This document shows positions 1 to 9,133 of a stretch of DNA of 64,000 nt, one piece after another. Location: contig JAJZVN010000010.1 of assembly GCA_021845685.1 (NCBI GenBank), positions 3,096 through 67,095 of the forward strand, read 5' to 3'. The position numbers and the translations under genes were made by a program. Under the pieces are notes generated by a model, which did not search any database, was not told the origin of the DNA, and was given only the letters and a program-made list of their open reading frames with translations. The DNA comes from a bacterium (lineage in GTDB: Bacteria > SZUA-79 > Acidulodesulfobacterales > Acidulodesulfobacteraceae). Numbering within the stretch: the stretch's first letter is position 1; every line of letters begins with the position of its first letter.

Positions 1-1
1 T

Positions 2-250
2 GTAGAACCTTTAATTGCAAAAAATACCGTTAATACATTACCGGAACAAACAATTGAAAGTATCGCCGACCACGGAAATATTAAATCAGATACTGCAAGT
101 TATGATTATGAAAATTCCGTTAATATTCTCAATGAACTTAAAAAATTAGGGATAGATACTGAACAGGCAGGAGAAATTTTGCAAAAAGAAGGCGTTAAGT
201 CATTTGAAGAATCATATAATAAACTTTTAGATTCAATCAAAAATGTGTGA
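2..250 (+). CDS. tal: transaldolase, C-terminal fragment (5' end outside window)
   Basis: Frame-2 ORF is open from the window edge to TGA at 248-250. Translation ...NTLPEQTIESIADHGNIK...SFEESYNKLLDSIKNV resembles the conserved transaldolase C-terminus. It lies directly upstream of transketolase. Confidence 0.6.
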   Translation, partial: VEPLIAKNTVNTLPEQTIESIADHGNIKSDTASYDYENSVNILNELKKLGIDTEQAGEILQKEGVKSFEESYNKLLDSIKNV

Positions 251-274
251 TTTTTTATCCGGAGGAAAAATAAA

Positions 275-2209
275 ATGGAACTAAAAAAAGGGTTTGACAG
301 AGATGGATTATCCAATGAAGAAATATCATTCTTAAAAAATTTTACTCAAAAATGCAGGGGCGATATATTAAAAATGACTACGGCAGCATCTTCCGGTCAT
401 CCCGGCGGTTCGATGTCTTCTATTGATATTTATTCTATTCTATACGGTTTCGGTTTTGTCTATAATGATAATCCGTTTAAAGAAGACAGAGATATAATTT
501 TAGTCAGCCACGGGCATACATCCCCCGGAGTTTACTCGGCATTGGGAAATTACGGTTTTTTCAATATAGATGACGCCATTACATGGTTTAGATATGCCGG
601 TTCGCCTTTTGAAGGGCATGTAGAAAAATCTGTTACAGGAGTTGAATGGGATACGGGAAATTTAGGGCAGGGTCTTTCCGCAGCATGCGGATTTGCGCTT
701 GCTTCTAAATTGCATAATTATAACAATCATATTTATTGTATTATGGGAGACGGAGAGCAAACAAAAGGTCAAATATCCGAGGCACGCAGATTTGCCGTTA
801 AATATCAATTAAATAATTTAACCGTAATTGTTGACCATAACGGTTTACAGATTGGCGGGAAAATTTCGGATATCATGCCTGACAACATAAAACAAAATTT
901 TGAGGCTGACGGATTTCATACTTTTGAAATTGACGGACACAATTTTGACGATATATACAAAGCAATTAAAAAAGCGCATTCAATTAATGCTCCGGTTGCA
1001 ATCATTGCAAATACTGTGATGGGAAAAGGCGTGTCTTTTATGGAAAACAAAGCCAAATTTCACGGTTCTGCTTTAAATATAGAAGATTGCAAAAAAGCTT
1101 TAATTGAGCTTGGAGAACCTGATAATTTAGCCGAATATATCGACAGAAGAAAACAGGAATTTTCGATTAGGCCGCTGCCGGCTCACAAAAATAATTATAT
1201 TACAATTAAAAATACAGGAAATGCTATTACATATACAAGAGAAAAAAATATAGATAATCGTTCGGCATTTGGAAATGTATTGGCAGATATTGCAAAAAAC
1301 TATAATATAAAAATAGACGGGGGGAAACTTCCGATGGCTGTTTTTGACTGTGATCTTGAGGGTTCTGTTAAAACAGGAAGTTTTAGAACATTATTTCCCG
1401 ACCGTTTTTTTGAATCAGGTATTGAAGAACATAATACGGCTACCATATCCGGCGCAATATCAACTGCAGGCATTCTTTCATTTTTTGCGGATTTCGGCGT
1501 ATTCGGCATTGACGAAGTTTACAACCAGCAAAGGTTAAATGATATAAATCACACCAATCTTAAAGTAGTATGCACTCATAGCGGGATAGACGTCGGGGAA
1601 GACGGAAAAACACATCAGTGCATTGATTATTTCGGTCTTTTAAATTCCATATTCGGATTTAAAGTAATACTGCCCGCCGATCCTAACCAGACGGATAGAG
1701 CAATACGATATATAGCTTCTCATGAAGGCAATTTTGCCGTTATAATGGGACGCTCAATTATACCTGTTATTTTAAATAATGAGAATACCCCAGCGTTTGG
1801 AAATAATTATGAATTTAAATACGGCAAAATGGATAAAATAATAGACGGCGGCGATGTCTGCATTATATCTGCCGGAAATATGACGGTTCACGCAATTGAA
1901 GGCGCAAAAATGCTTCAAAAAGACGGAATAAAACCAATGCTTCTTAACGTTTCCTGTCCTTCGGACATTGATATTGAAGACTTAAAAATTGCAGCGCAAA
2001 CAGGGTTTATTATTACGATTGAAGACCATAATGTAAAAACAGGACTCGGAACTGTTATCGGGTCATTGCTTGCCGAAAACAATATTCAAACAAAATTTAA
2101 AAAATTAGGAGCAACTTTTTATTCTTCTTCAGGTAAACCGTCAGATCTATATAAATTAGCGGGGCTTTCGCCTGAAGGTTTATATAATACGATTAAAGAA
2201 ACGTTATAA
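275..2209 (+). CDS. tkt: transketolase (N-terminal TPP-binding and C-terminal pyrimidine-binding halves in one polypeptide)
   Basis: 644-aa ORF with GGAGGA RBS. Motifs include SSGHPGGSMS, GDGEQTKGQ...NN (TPP-binding) and EEHN in the pyrimidine-binding half. Confidence 0.85.
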   Translation: MELKKGFDRDGLSNEEISFLKNFTQKCRGDILKMTTAASSGHPGGSMSSIDIYSILYGFGFVYNDNPFKEDRDIILVSHGHTSPGVYSALGNYGFFNIDDAITWFRYAGSPFEGHVEKSVTGVEWDTGNLGQGLSAACGFALASKLHNYNNHIYCIMGDGEQTKGQISEARRFAVKYQLNNLTVIVDHNGLQIGGKISDIMPDNIKQNFEADGFHTFEIDGHNFDDIYKAIKKAHSINAPVAIIANTVMGKGVSFMENKAKFHGSALNIEDCKKALIELGEPDNLAEYIDRRKQEFSIRPLPAHKNNYITIKNTGNAITYTREKNIDNRSAFGNVLADIAKNYNIKIDGGKLPMAVFDCDLEGSVKTGSFRTLFPDRFFESGIEEHNTATISGAISTAGILSFFADFGVFGIDEVYNQQRLNDINHTNLKVVCTHSGIDVGEDGKTHQCIDYFGLLNSIFGFKVILPADPNQTDRAIRYIASHEGNFAVIMGRSIIPVILNNENTPAFGNNYEFKYGKMDKIIDGGDVCIISAGNMTVHAIEGAKMLQKDGIKPMLLNVSCPSDIDIEDLKIAAQTGFIITIEDHNVKTGLGTVIGSLLAENNIQTKFKKLGATFYSSSGKPSDLYKLAGLSPEGLYNTIKETL

Positions 2210-2510
2210 TTTTCTTGATATTTTATTTATTATTATTTATACCAAGATTGTTTTAGGCTCATCTTTATTATTATTGTAAACATTAAATATTATTAAATCA
2301 TCTTCTTGTATAAACGGCGTCATTAAATTTCATACTAATATTGTAAATATTAAATATTAAATATTAAATATTAAATGCAAAATTTTTTTATGATATTATT
2401 TTCAAATAAAACGTATATAATATAAATATAATTAAATATAATGAAAATAAAAAATTTATTTTCATTATTAAACAATATTATAATCAAATATTATTTAGTT
2501 TAAATATATT

Positions 2511-2957
2511 TTGAATATTATGAATATAAAAAGCGGAAATTTATGGGCAGGACTTCTTAGAATTTATATAGGAATTTTTTTTCTATACGCAGTTCATTTT
2601 AAATTAAATCCGTCATTTTTTTCTTCTTTCCATAATAAGATGGCTTTTTTTGCAGGACATGACCCTATTATATGGTATTCTAATTTTTTAAACAATTATG
2701 TTATTCCAAATTCATTTTTATTTGCTTTATTGGTTGTCATAGGAGAACTGACCGTGGGACTTCTTCTTGCCGTCGGATTTTTAACGCCGATAGCCGCAGT
2801 CATAGGAATTTTTTTAAATTTAAATTATTTATTGTCAATGTACTGGATATCTTCAGCAAATCTCGGCATTAATCTTACATTTATAATATGCGAATTAGTT
2901 ATTATATTTTCAGATGCAGGCAAATCATTAGGATTAGACGGTTTCGGTTTTTTTTAA
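2511..2957 (+). CDS. DoxX-family integral membrane protein
   Basis: 148-aa ORF with about four hydrophobic helices. The N-terminal LLRIYIGIFFLYAVHFKL pattern resembles DoxX/DoxD. The true start may be the ATG at 2520. Confidence 0.45.
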   Translation: MNIMNIKSGNLWAGLLRIYIGIFFLYAVHFKLNPSFFSSFHNKMAFFAGHDPIIWYSNFLNNYVIPNSFLFALLVVIGELTVGLLLAVGFLTPIAAVIGIFLNLNYLLSMYWISSANLGINLTFIICELVIIFSDAGKSLGLDGFGFF

Positions 2958-3046
2958 ACTGCTAATTGTATTTTTTTAAAAGATTGACTTATATTTTAAT
3001 AAATATTAAAATTATTTCAATAGGCATTAAATATGAAATATCTTAC

Positions 3047-3123
3047 GGTGGATGTAACTCAGTTGGTAGAGTCCCGGATTGTGACTCCGGTTGTCGCAGG
3101 TTCAAGCCCTGTCATCCACCCCA
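3047..3123 (+). tRNA. tRNA-His (anticodon GTG) with G-1 and encoded CCA
   Basis: Manual cloverleaf: G-1 plus acceptor GTGGATG/CATCCAC, C73 pairing with G-1, D arm ACTC/GAGT, anticodon stem CCGGA/TCCGG with loop TTGTGAC, T arm GCAGG-TTCAAGC-CCTGT, and 3' CCA. Confidence 0.9.
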
Positions 3124-3306
3124 TTAAAAACCGCAGTAAATAAGCGCTTTCAAGCAATACTTTTTGCATTTCATTTCTTAGTTTTGTTCGGTTTAGCCGT
3201 CTGAATACCAACAATTATAAACCGTTTTGTTTACTTTTGCACCTTGTAATGCGATATGATATGATATGATAAGTAAAATTTATAGCTTAAAAGATTAAAG
3301 AAAAAT

Positions 3307-3855
3307 TTGAGAAAAAGTAAAATGCGGCTATATACGAATAAATGGATATTATTTGTACAGGGGTTTATACTTTTTGCGGGGGCAATTTTTTTAATCTGCG
3401 CCGTTATATTTAATTTGCCCGCTAAAAACGATGAAGCCATTGTCGGGCTTAAAGGAATAATGTTTATGATTCTTTTTGTCATCAATACGGCTTCGCATTC
3501 CCTTTATACCAGCGAATTTTATTATATTAACAATAAGTGTTCGAATAAAAGCTGCACAACGGACTTAAAAAAAGATATTAAGAACTTTGACGATGAAATG
3601 AACGGAAATAATAAAAATTCTTCCATAAAAAATATTTTGACGTTTAATCTTTTTATATTAAACAGTTCGTATTTTCTTATTTTTTCAATTTTGATAAATA
3701 TTATTCAGGCGACCAGAATTATGGGAAAAAATAAAGTCTTAGTCATATTGTCTTTTTATTCATTTTTAATTTTTTTAATAATTATATCTATAAATTATAT
3801 CCTTTATAATTATCTCCTTTATAAATCTCTTAAAAAAATCATTGAAAGCGATTAA
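3307..3855 (+). CDS. hypothetical multi-pass membrane protein (sole ORF of the islet between the tRNA-His repeats)
   Basis: 182-aa ORF with hydrophobic segments at both ends and an Asn/Lys-rich middle. No recognisable family. Confidence 0.35.
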   Translation: MRKSKMRLYTNKWILFVQGFILFAGAIFLICAVIFNLPAKNDEAIVGLKGIMFMILFVINTASHSLYTSEFYYINNKCSNKSCTTDLKKDIKNFDDEMNGNNKNSSIKNILTFNLFILNSSYFLIFSILINIIQATRIMGKNKVLVILSFYSFLIFLIIISINYILYNYLLYKSLKKIIESD

Positions 3856-4088
3856 CTTTATTTTTTAATTTTAACCGTTTTTGTTTCTTCCAATATACTA
3901 AAAATAGTTTTAAAATATTAGTATTATAATATATAATTAAAATATTATAATAAAAGTGTGGGTTTTAATGGATGTAAAAAAAGAAACAATGGCGGTAGGC
4001 AGGATGATGTTGGCACAAAATTTACCTCATAGTATTTTCTATAAAGATAAATCATTAGTTAAATTAATAAGTTATATAATGCAATTAT

Positions 4089-4137
4089 CGGATTGTTATT
4101 CCGGTTGCCGCAGGTTCAAGCCCTGCCATCTACCCCA
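4089..4137 (+). pseudogene. tRNA-His-like 3' half (anticodon arm to CCA), no 5' half
   Basis: cggattgttattccggttgccgcaggttcaagccctgccatctacccca aligns with 3075-3123 of tRNA-His. Similarity continues ~30 bp past the CCA (to ~4168 vs ~3156). No matching 5' acceptor or D arm lies upstream. Confidence 0.7.
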
Positions 4138-4174
4138 CATTAAAATCGCTGTAAATAAGCGCTTTGCATAACAT

Positions 4175-5578
4175 ATGTTTAAATTTATAAACGAAAGAAG
4201 TTTAAGGACAAAACTCCTTTTTTCAGCTTTTGTCGTCTTATTTTTTACAATAATTACCGTTAATTCCGTTGCTTTATATACAATTTATGCTACGCTTGTT
4301 TATAGAAATTCTTTAAGAAATAAATTGCATAAAAATATGCTTGTATCGCAATTAAGATTTTCATTATTGCATAAAAATATTGAGTCCGTAAAAAGTATTT
4401 TTTACGAAGCTAACGAAAACAGTTATATTAAATATGTATATTTTCATATATTAAAAAACAATAATATAAATATCAAGCGGCAGCTTAATTTTGGTTTATA
4501 TAATAAAAAATTAATAAAAAATATTAATCCGAGCATAATAAAACTCAATAACAAAATTATAGGAAAAGTTTATATAAATTTTAATTTAAAAAAAGAATTG
4601 CAGCAAATAAAGCTGAGGGTTTTTTGGGTTGCGGCAAGGTTTTATCTTATAAGTCTGATATTTATATGTATAGGTCTTATTATATTTTATTTCATAATAT
4701 CCAAAGTGACAAAACCTCTTTTAGAGCTTGAAAGCAAGATGGTAAAAGTGTCTAATGGAGATTATTCCGTTCATATACAATCAAGTTCTAAAGATGAAAT
4801 TGGAAGTTTAGTTAATATTTTTAATTTTATGATTAAAAATATTAAGGGGTATATTGACAAGATAGATTTAATCAGTAAAGAAAGAGAAGAATTAAATTGT
4901 ATGGCGCAGATGGGAGAAATGTCCGGCATGGTGGCGCATGAAGTTAAAAATGCAGTTTATGTGATTAATTCCAGCAACAAATACATAAAAAACAACCTTC
5001 ATATTAAAGATAAAAATTTACTGGAATTTATTAATATTATTGAAGAAGAATTAAAAAGACTTAATAACATGACAGTCGGTTTTATGCATTTTGCAAAACA
5101 AAGAGAACCAAAATTAACCGATGTCAACCTAAATGATATAATAATTGAATCAATCCGGATATTAAATTATGAAATAAAAAATGTTAACATAAAAATTATT
5201 AAAAAATTAGATAATTCTATCGGTTTAATAAAAGGGGATAAAGAACTATTGAAACAGGTTATAATTAATTTGCTTATTAATGCAATAGATGCCGTAAGCA
5301 ATATGAATAACCCTATAATAAAAATAACAAGCGGACCTGTTATAATTAATGAAAAGGATAAAATTTTAATTAATATATCAGATAACGGAGAAGGCATAAA
5401 AGATTTTAATACCAATAACGTATTTAAACCTTTTTTTACAACCAAGAAAAACGGAACTGGTTTAGGGCTTGCTATATCATCAAGAATAGTGCTTTTACAT
5501 AAAGGATTAATTAACGCTGAAAGAATAAACGGATTTACGGTCTTTTCCGTTGTTCTCCCTAAGCGTAGAATTATTTAA
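4175..5578 (+). CDS. sensor histidine kinase (2 TM, HAMP, HisKA, HATPase_c)
   Basis: 467 aa. H-box MVAHEVKNAV, N-box LLINAIDA, G1 DNGEGI, G2 GTGLGL. Adjacent to an NtrC-type regulator. Confidence 0.8.
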   Translation: MFKFINERSLRTKLLFSAFVVLFFTIITVNSVALYTIYATLVYRNSLRNKLHKNMLVSQLRFSLLHKNIESVKSIFYEANENSYIKYVYFHILKNNNINIKRQLNFGLYNKKLIKNINPSIIKLNNKIIGKVYINFNLKKELQQIKLRVFWVAARFYLISLIFICIGLIIFYFIISKVTKPLLELESKMVKVSNGDYSVHIQSSSKDEIGSLVNIFNFMIKNIKGYIDKIDLISKEREELNCMAQMGEMSGMVAHEVKNAVYVINSSNKYIKNNLHIKDKNLLEFINIIEEELKRLNNMTVGFMHFAKQREPKLTDVNLNDIIIESIRILNYEIKNVNIKIIKKLDNSIGLIKGDKELLKQVIINLLINAIDAVSNMNNPIIKITSGPVIINEKDKILINISDNGEGIKDFNTNNVFKPFFTTKKNGTGLGLAISSRIVLLHKGLINAERINGFTVFSVVLPKRRII

Positions 5579-5628
5579 TTATATAATGTTAATATTAATA
5601 TTAATATTAATTTAAAATTTTTATAATT

Positions 5629-6984
5629 ATGACTAAAATACTTCTTATTGACGATGAAAAAAATATTTTAAAAGCTGTAGGTTCGAATCTTGAACAAAAC
5701 GGTTTTAATGTTGATACGGCTATTAGCGCCGAGATTGCTTTTACTAAGTTAGATAATAAGAAATATGACGTGATTCTTTGCGATTTAATATTGACGGGTA
5801 TGAACGGGTTGGATTTTTTAAGCCGTGTAAGAAAAATTAATAAAGATGTTATATTTATAATGATTACGGCAAACGGTTTTATTGATGACGCTGTTAAAGC
5901 AATGAAAATAGGCGCCGATGATTTTATCAGCAAACCTATAGATATGGACGGTCTAATAAATAATATAAATATTTTGTTAAGCAAGAAGGAAAACTATAAT
6001 AACGAAAACAAACCAAAATTTCAAACTAATTTAATTTATAAATCTAAAATAATAGAAGATTTAATTAAAGAAATAGGAATGATTGCAAAAGCGTCCTCTA
6101 ATATTTTAATAACAGGAGAAACAGGGACAGGCAAAGAATTGATAGCAAGAATTATTCATGAAATATCGGAAAGGAAAGGAGCTTTTATCGGGATTAATAT
6201 TAACGCATACCCCGATAGTTTAATAGAAAATGAACTTTTCGGTCATGAAAAAGGGTCATTCACAAATGCCGTTAGCACGCAAAAAGGAAAATTTGAACTT
6301 GCGTCAAACGGAACGCTTTTTTTAGACGAGGTTGGAGAAATGCCGATAGCTGTTCAGTCTAAATTATTAAGAATACTGCAGGAACGCGAGTTTTCAATGA
6401 TAGGTTCAAATTCTGTTATTAAACTAACCGCAAGAATTGTTAGCGCTACGAATATTGATATAGAAAATGCCGTATTGCAAAATAAATTTAGAGAAGATTT
6501 GTTTTATAGAATAAATGTATTTCATATTAAAGTTCCTCCGCTCAGGGAAAGAAAAGACGACATAATGCCTCTCGTATATTATTTTATAAAAAAATTCAAT
6601 GCGGAAAATAAAAAGAATATAGTTAATATATCAAAAGATGTCGAAGAAATTTTAATAAATTATAATTTTCCCGGTAATGTCAGGGAACTTGAAAATATAA
6701 TTGAAAGATCCGTTATTGTTACTCCTTTTGATTCCATTGAAGTAGATAATTTGCCGAATTATTTAAAAAAAACCGATAAAACTCCATCTATTTCTTCTAT
6801 GCCTCCAAATAATCTTTACGATTTCGATTATGATTTAAATTTGGATTCGGTAGAAAAAGAACTTATAATTAAGGCGCTTGAAAAATATAATTATAATCAG
6901 ACAAAGACAGCTATTTCCCTCGGCATATCCAGAAAACAGCTAAGAACTAAAATGAAAAAATACGGTCTTTTTAGTGAAAAATAA
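5629..6984 (+). CDS. sigma-54-dependent response regulator (REC - AAA+ - Fis-type HTH), NtrC family
   Basis: 451 aa. REC domain (LLIDDE...CDLILTGMNG), Walker A GETGTGKE, GAFTGA-like GSFTNA, ENELFGHEKG, and C-terminal HTH NQTKTAISLGISRKQLRTKMKKYG. Confidence 0.9.
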   Translation: MTKILLIDDEKNILKAVGSNLEQNGFNVDTAISAEIAFTKLDNKKYDVILCDLILTGMNGLDFLSRVRKINKDVIFIMITANGFIDDAVKAMKIGADDFISKPIDMDGLINNINILLSKKENYNNENKPKFQTNLIYKSKIIEDLIKEIGMIAKASSNILITGETGTGKELIARIIHEISERKGAFIGININAYPDSLIENELFGHEKGSFTNAVSTQKGKFELASNGTLFLDEVGEMPIAVQSKLLRILQEREFSMIGSNSVIKLTARIVSATNIDIENAVLQNKFREDLFYRINVFHIKVPPLRERKDDIMPLVYYFIKKFNAENKKNIVNISKDVEEILINYNFPGNVRELENIIERSVIVTPFDSIEVDNLPNYLKKTDKTPSISSMPPNNLYDFDYDLNLDSVEKELIIKALEKYNYNQTKTAISLGISRKQLRTKMKKYGLFSEK

Positions 6985-7015
6985 ATTGGTTTAAATCTTA
7001 TTTAAATCTTAAATA

Positions 7016-7684
7016 ATGAATAAAATAATAAATAATGATGATTTCTTTTTAAAAATAAACGATATTTTTTACAGTATTCAGGGAGAATCCTCATTTGCAG
7101 GTTACCCCTGTTTTTTTGTGAGACTCGCAGGGTGCAATATTAAATGCTCATACTGCGATACAAAAGAAGCTTTAACAGATATAAATGCTAAACTATTTCA
7201 TATCAGTGATATCATAAATGAAATAATAACATATGGCGAAAATATAAAATTAGTAGAAATAACAGGCGGCGAACCGTTAATGCAGAGCGGTGTTTATGAA
7301 TTAATGCATGGACTGTTAAATTTGAAATATATTGTTTTACTTGAAACAAACGGTACATTAAGTCTTAAAAACGTTCCTGATAAAGTTGTAAAAATAATGG
7401 ATATAAAATGTCCGTCAAGCGGATTTGAAGATTATAACAATTACGAAAATCTAAATTTTATAAATAAAAACGACGAATTAAAATTTGTCATCGGAAGCAA
7501 TGAAGATTATGAATTTGCCAAAAATTTTATAAATGCAAACAAAAATGCGATTAATACTGAAAAAATAATATTTAGTCCTTTAGAAAATCATTTCGCACCT
7601 CATATTTTAGCCGATAAAATTTTATTTGATAAGCTGAATGTAAGAATCGGGCTTCAGCTGCATAAAATACTTAATTTAAAATAG
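7016..7684 (+). CDS. queE: 7-carboxy-7-deazaguanine synthase (radical SAM)
   Basis: 222 aa. FYSIQGESSFAGYPCFFVRLAGCNIKCSYCDT matches the QueE N-terminal radical-SAM signature. Confidence 0.8.
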   Translation: MNKIINNDDFFLKINDIFYSIQGESSFAGYPCFFVRLAGCNIKCSYCDTKEALTDINAKLFHISDIINEIITYGENIKLVEITGGEPLMQSGVYELMHGLLNLKYIVLLETNGTLSLKNVPDKVVKIMDIKCPSSGFEDYNNYENLNFINKNDELKFVIGSNEDYEFAKNFINANKNAINTEKIIFSPLENHFAPHILADKILFDKLNVRIGLQLHKILNLK

Positions 7685-8011
7685 ACCTACGGCAAAATAA
7701 ATTTTCTATCGGCAATTTTGGATCGTTTTAATTTCTTGACAACTATAAGATAAATAATATATTATTAAATGCAAATAATATTTATTTTTGTTAAAAAATA
7801 CTTTTCTTATTTAAATTAAAATCAATTAAAATATTAAGAAACATTTCTTTTTTTATAGATTCATTTTTTTATTCTATGTGTTATATATGTCGTATGTCGT
7901 ATGTAGTATATAGTTAATATAAATAAAAATTTCATATAATAATATATATTAACAATATAAGTAATATGTTGATGTAGATTTATTAAATTTAATATTAAAT
8001 TTTAAGAGGGT

Positions 8012-8815
8012 ATGATGATGGAGAAACCATTTAATTTAACTTCTAATTTAAAAAAAAGTTTGTTATCAGGAAGTAAATATTTCAGGATAATTATGTTATT
8101 AATGTTTTTATTAGTCCCTATCTTAGCTTTTTCGGGATGCGCGTCAATGAGCGGTACAACTAATTCAACGACTTCTGCGAGCGGTATGAGCGCCGGTAAT
8201 ATGAATTTGCAGACAAAGATGAGTTCATCTATTTTTCTGCAGCCCGTTTCTCCAAGCGAAAAGGTAGTTTATGTAAGAGCTACAAACACCAGTTCCGCAT
8301 CTGGTCTTAGATTTAAAGCAGTTTTGGAGCAAGCTTTAATAACTCGCGGATACAAAATTACAAATGACCCTAAAGAAGCTTATTTTATACTCATGTCAAA
8401 TGTTTTATATCTCGGCAAAGAGACGCGTGCTTATACTGCTGCAGGTGCATTGGCAGGAGGTTTTGGCGGCGCTCTGATAGGTTCAAGATACGGCGACGTA
8501 GGTTCTACATTGGTAGGCGGAGGAATTGGAGCTTTAGCGGGAGGTCTTATCGGAGCTATGTTTCAGCATAAAAAATATATGATGGTTGTTGATATTCAAT
8601 TAGAACAAAGGCAGAAAGGATCATACACAACTAACGGAACAGCAACATCTGAAGGATTAGGAAATACCACTACTACTTATAACGCAGGCGTGAAAAACTG
8701 GGCAATTTACAGAGACAGGGTCGTTGCAACGGCTAGCGCAATCAATCTTAAATTCAGTTCGGCTGAACCTGCATTAAAAACTGTGGTAGGAAGAGAAATT
8801 TCAAATTTATTATAA
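8012..8815 (+). CDS. traT: TraT-like outer-membrane lipoprotein (complement-resistance / surface-exclusion family)
   Basis: 267 aa. Lipobox LAFSGC. LQTKMSSSIFLQP, YMMVVDIQLEQR and the C-terminal INLKFSSAEPALKTVVGREISNLL parallel F-plasmid TraT as I recall it. Central Gly-rich hydrophobic segment. Confidence 0.6.
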   Translation: MMMEKPFNLTSNLKKSLLSGSKYFRIIMLLMFLLVPILAFSGCASMSGTTNSTTSASGMSAGNMNLQTKMSSSIFLQPVSPSEKVVYVRATNTSSASGLRFKAVLEQALITRGYKITNDPKEAYFILMSNVLYLGKETRAYTAAGALAGGFGGALIGSRYGDVGSTLVGGGIGALAGGLIGAMFQHKKYMMVVDIQLEQRQKGSYTTNGTATSEGLGNTTTTYNAGVKNWAIYRDRVVATASAINLKFSSAEPALKTVVGREISNLL

Positions 8816-8851
8816 TTATAATATTAATATAAAGATTATAGAAATTATTAA

Positions 8852-8901
8852 TGCCGTATAGTTTTATAAAATAAAATATAAAATTATACGGCATTTTTTT
8901 T
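8852..8901 (+). terminator. rho-independent terminator after the traT-like gene
   Basis: Stem tgccgtata (8852-8860) pairs with tatacggca (8885-8893), followed by a T8 run (8894-8901). Confidence 0.7.
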
Positions 8902-8940
8902 AATTTTCAAACTTGACATACTCAACCACATACCTAAAGG

Positions 8941-9022
8941 CGGGGGATTCTAGTATCGACGGCAGTTGCGGACAAAGTCCGTCTAACTAACGCTGCCTAC
9001 TCCAAGAGAAGATGTCCTGATT
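8941..9022 (+). ncRNA. candidate structured RNA in a GC-rich island; 5' end resembles the tmRNA 5' end
   Basis: About 50% GC in an intergenic background far lower. TTGACA lies at 8912-8917 upstream. Nested helices GGCAG/CTGCC and CGGAC/GTCCG, plus a closing helix GGGG.ATTCT/AGAA..TCCT. GGGGGATTCTAGTATCGACGG resembles GGGGCTGATTCTGGATTCGACGG of ssrA, but no T-arm or ACCA follows. Confidence 0.25.
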
Positions 9023-9133
9023 AATACGGAGACAATAACGGTAAATATATTAACAAATAACAAATTTACCTTTATCTTTATATAATATTAATTTATAGTT
9101 TGTTTAATTATATATATTTATTAAAATATTTTT

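Noticed and set aside
248-277. The tal TGA stop is in frame with the tkt ATG 24 nt downstream, with no other stop between. This raises the possibility of a read-through or Sec-mediated tal-tkt fusion.
   Set aside because: A good GGAGGA RBS precedes the tkt ATG. The in-frame arrangement has a 1-in-3 chance, and only 8 AT-rich codons intervene. No hairpin follows the TGA, and the linker (FFIRRKNK) looks non-coding.
4011-4026. A sigma-54 promoter-like element TGGCAC-aaaat-TTACC upstream of the histidine kinase.
   Set aside because: The -12 element lacks the conserved GC (TTAC instead of TTGC), and there is no supporting enhancer site. It is kept only as a remark in the tRNA-His islet finding.
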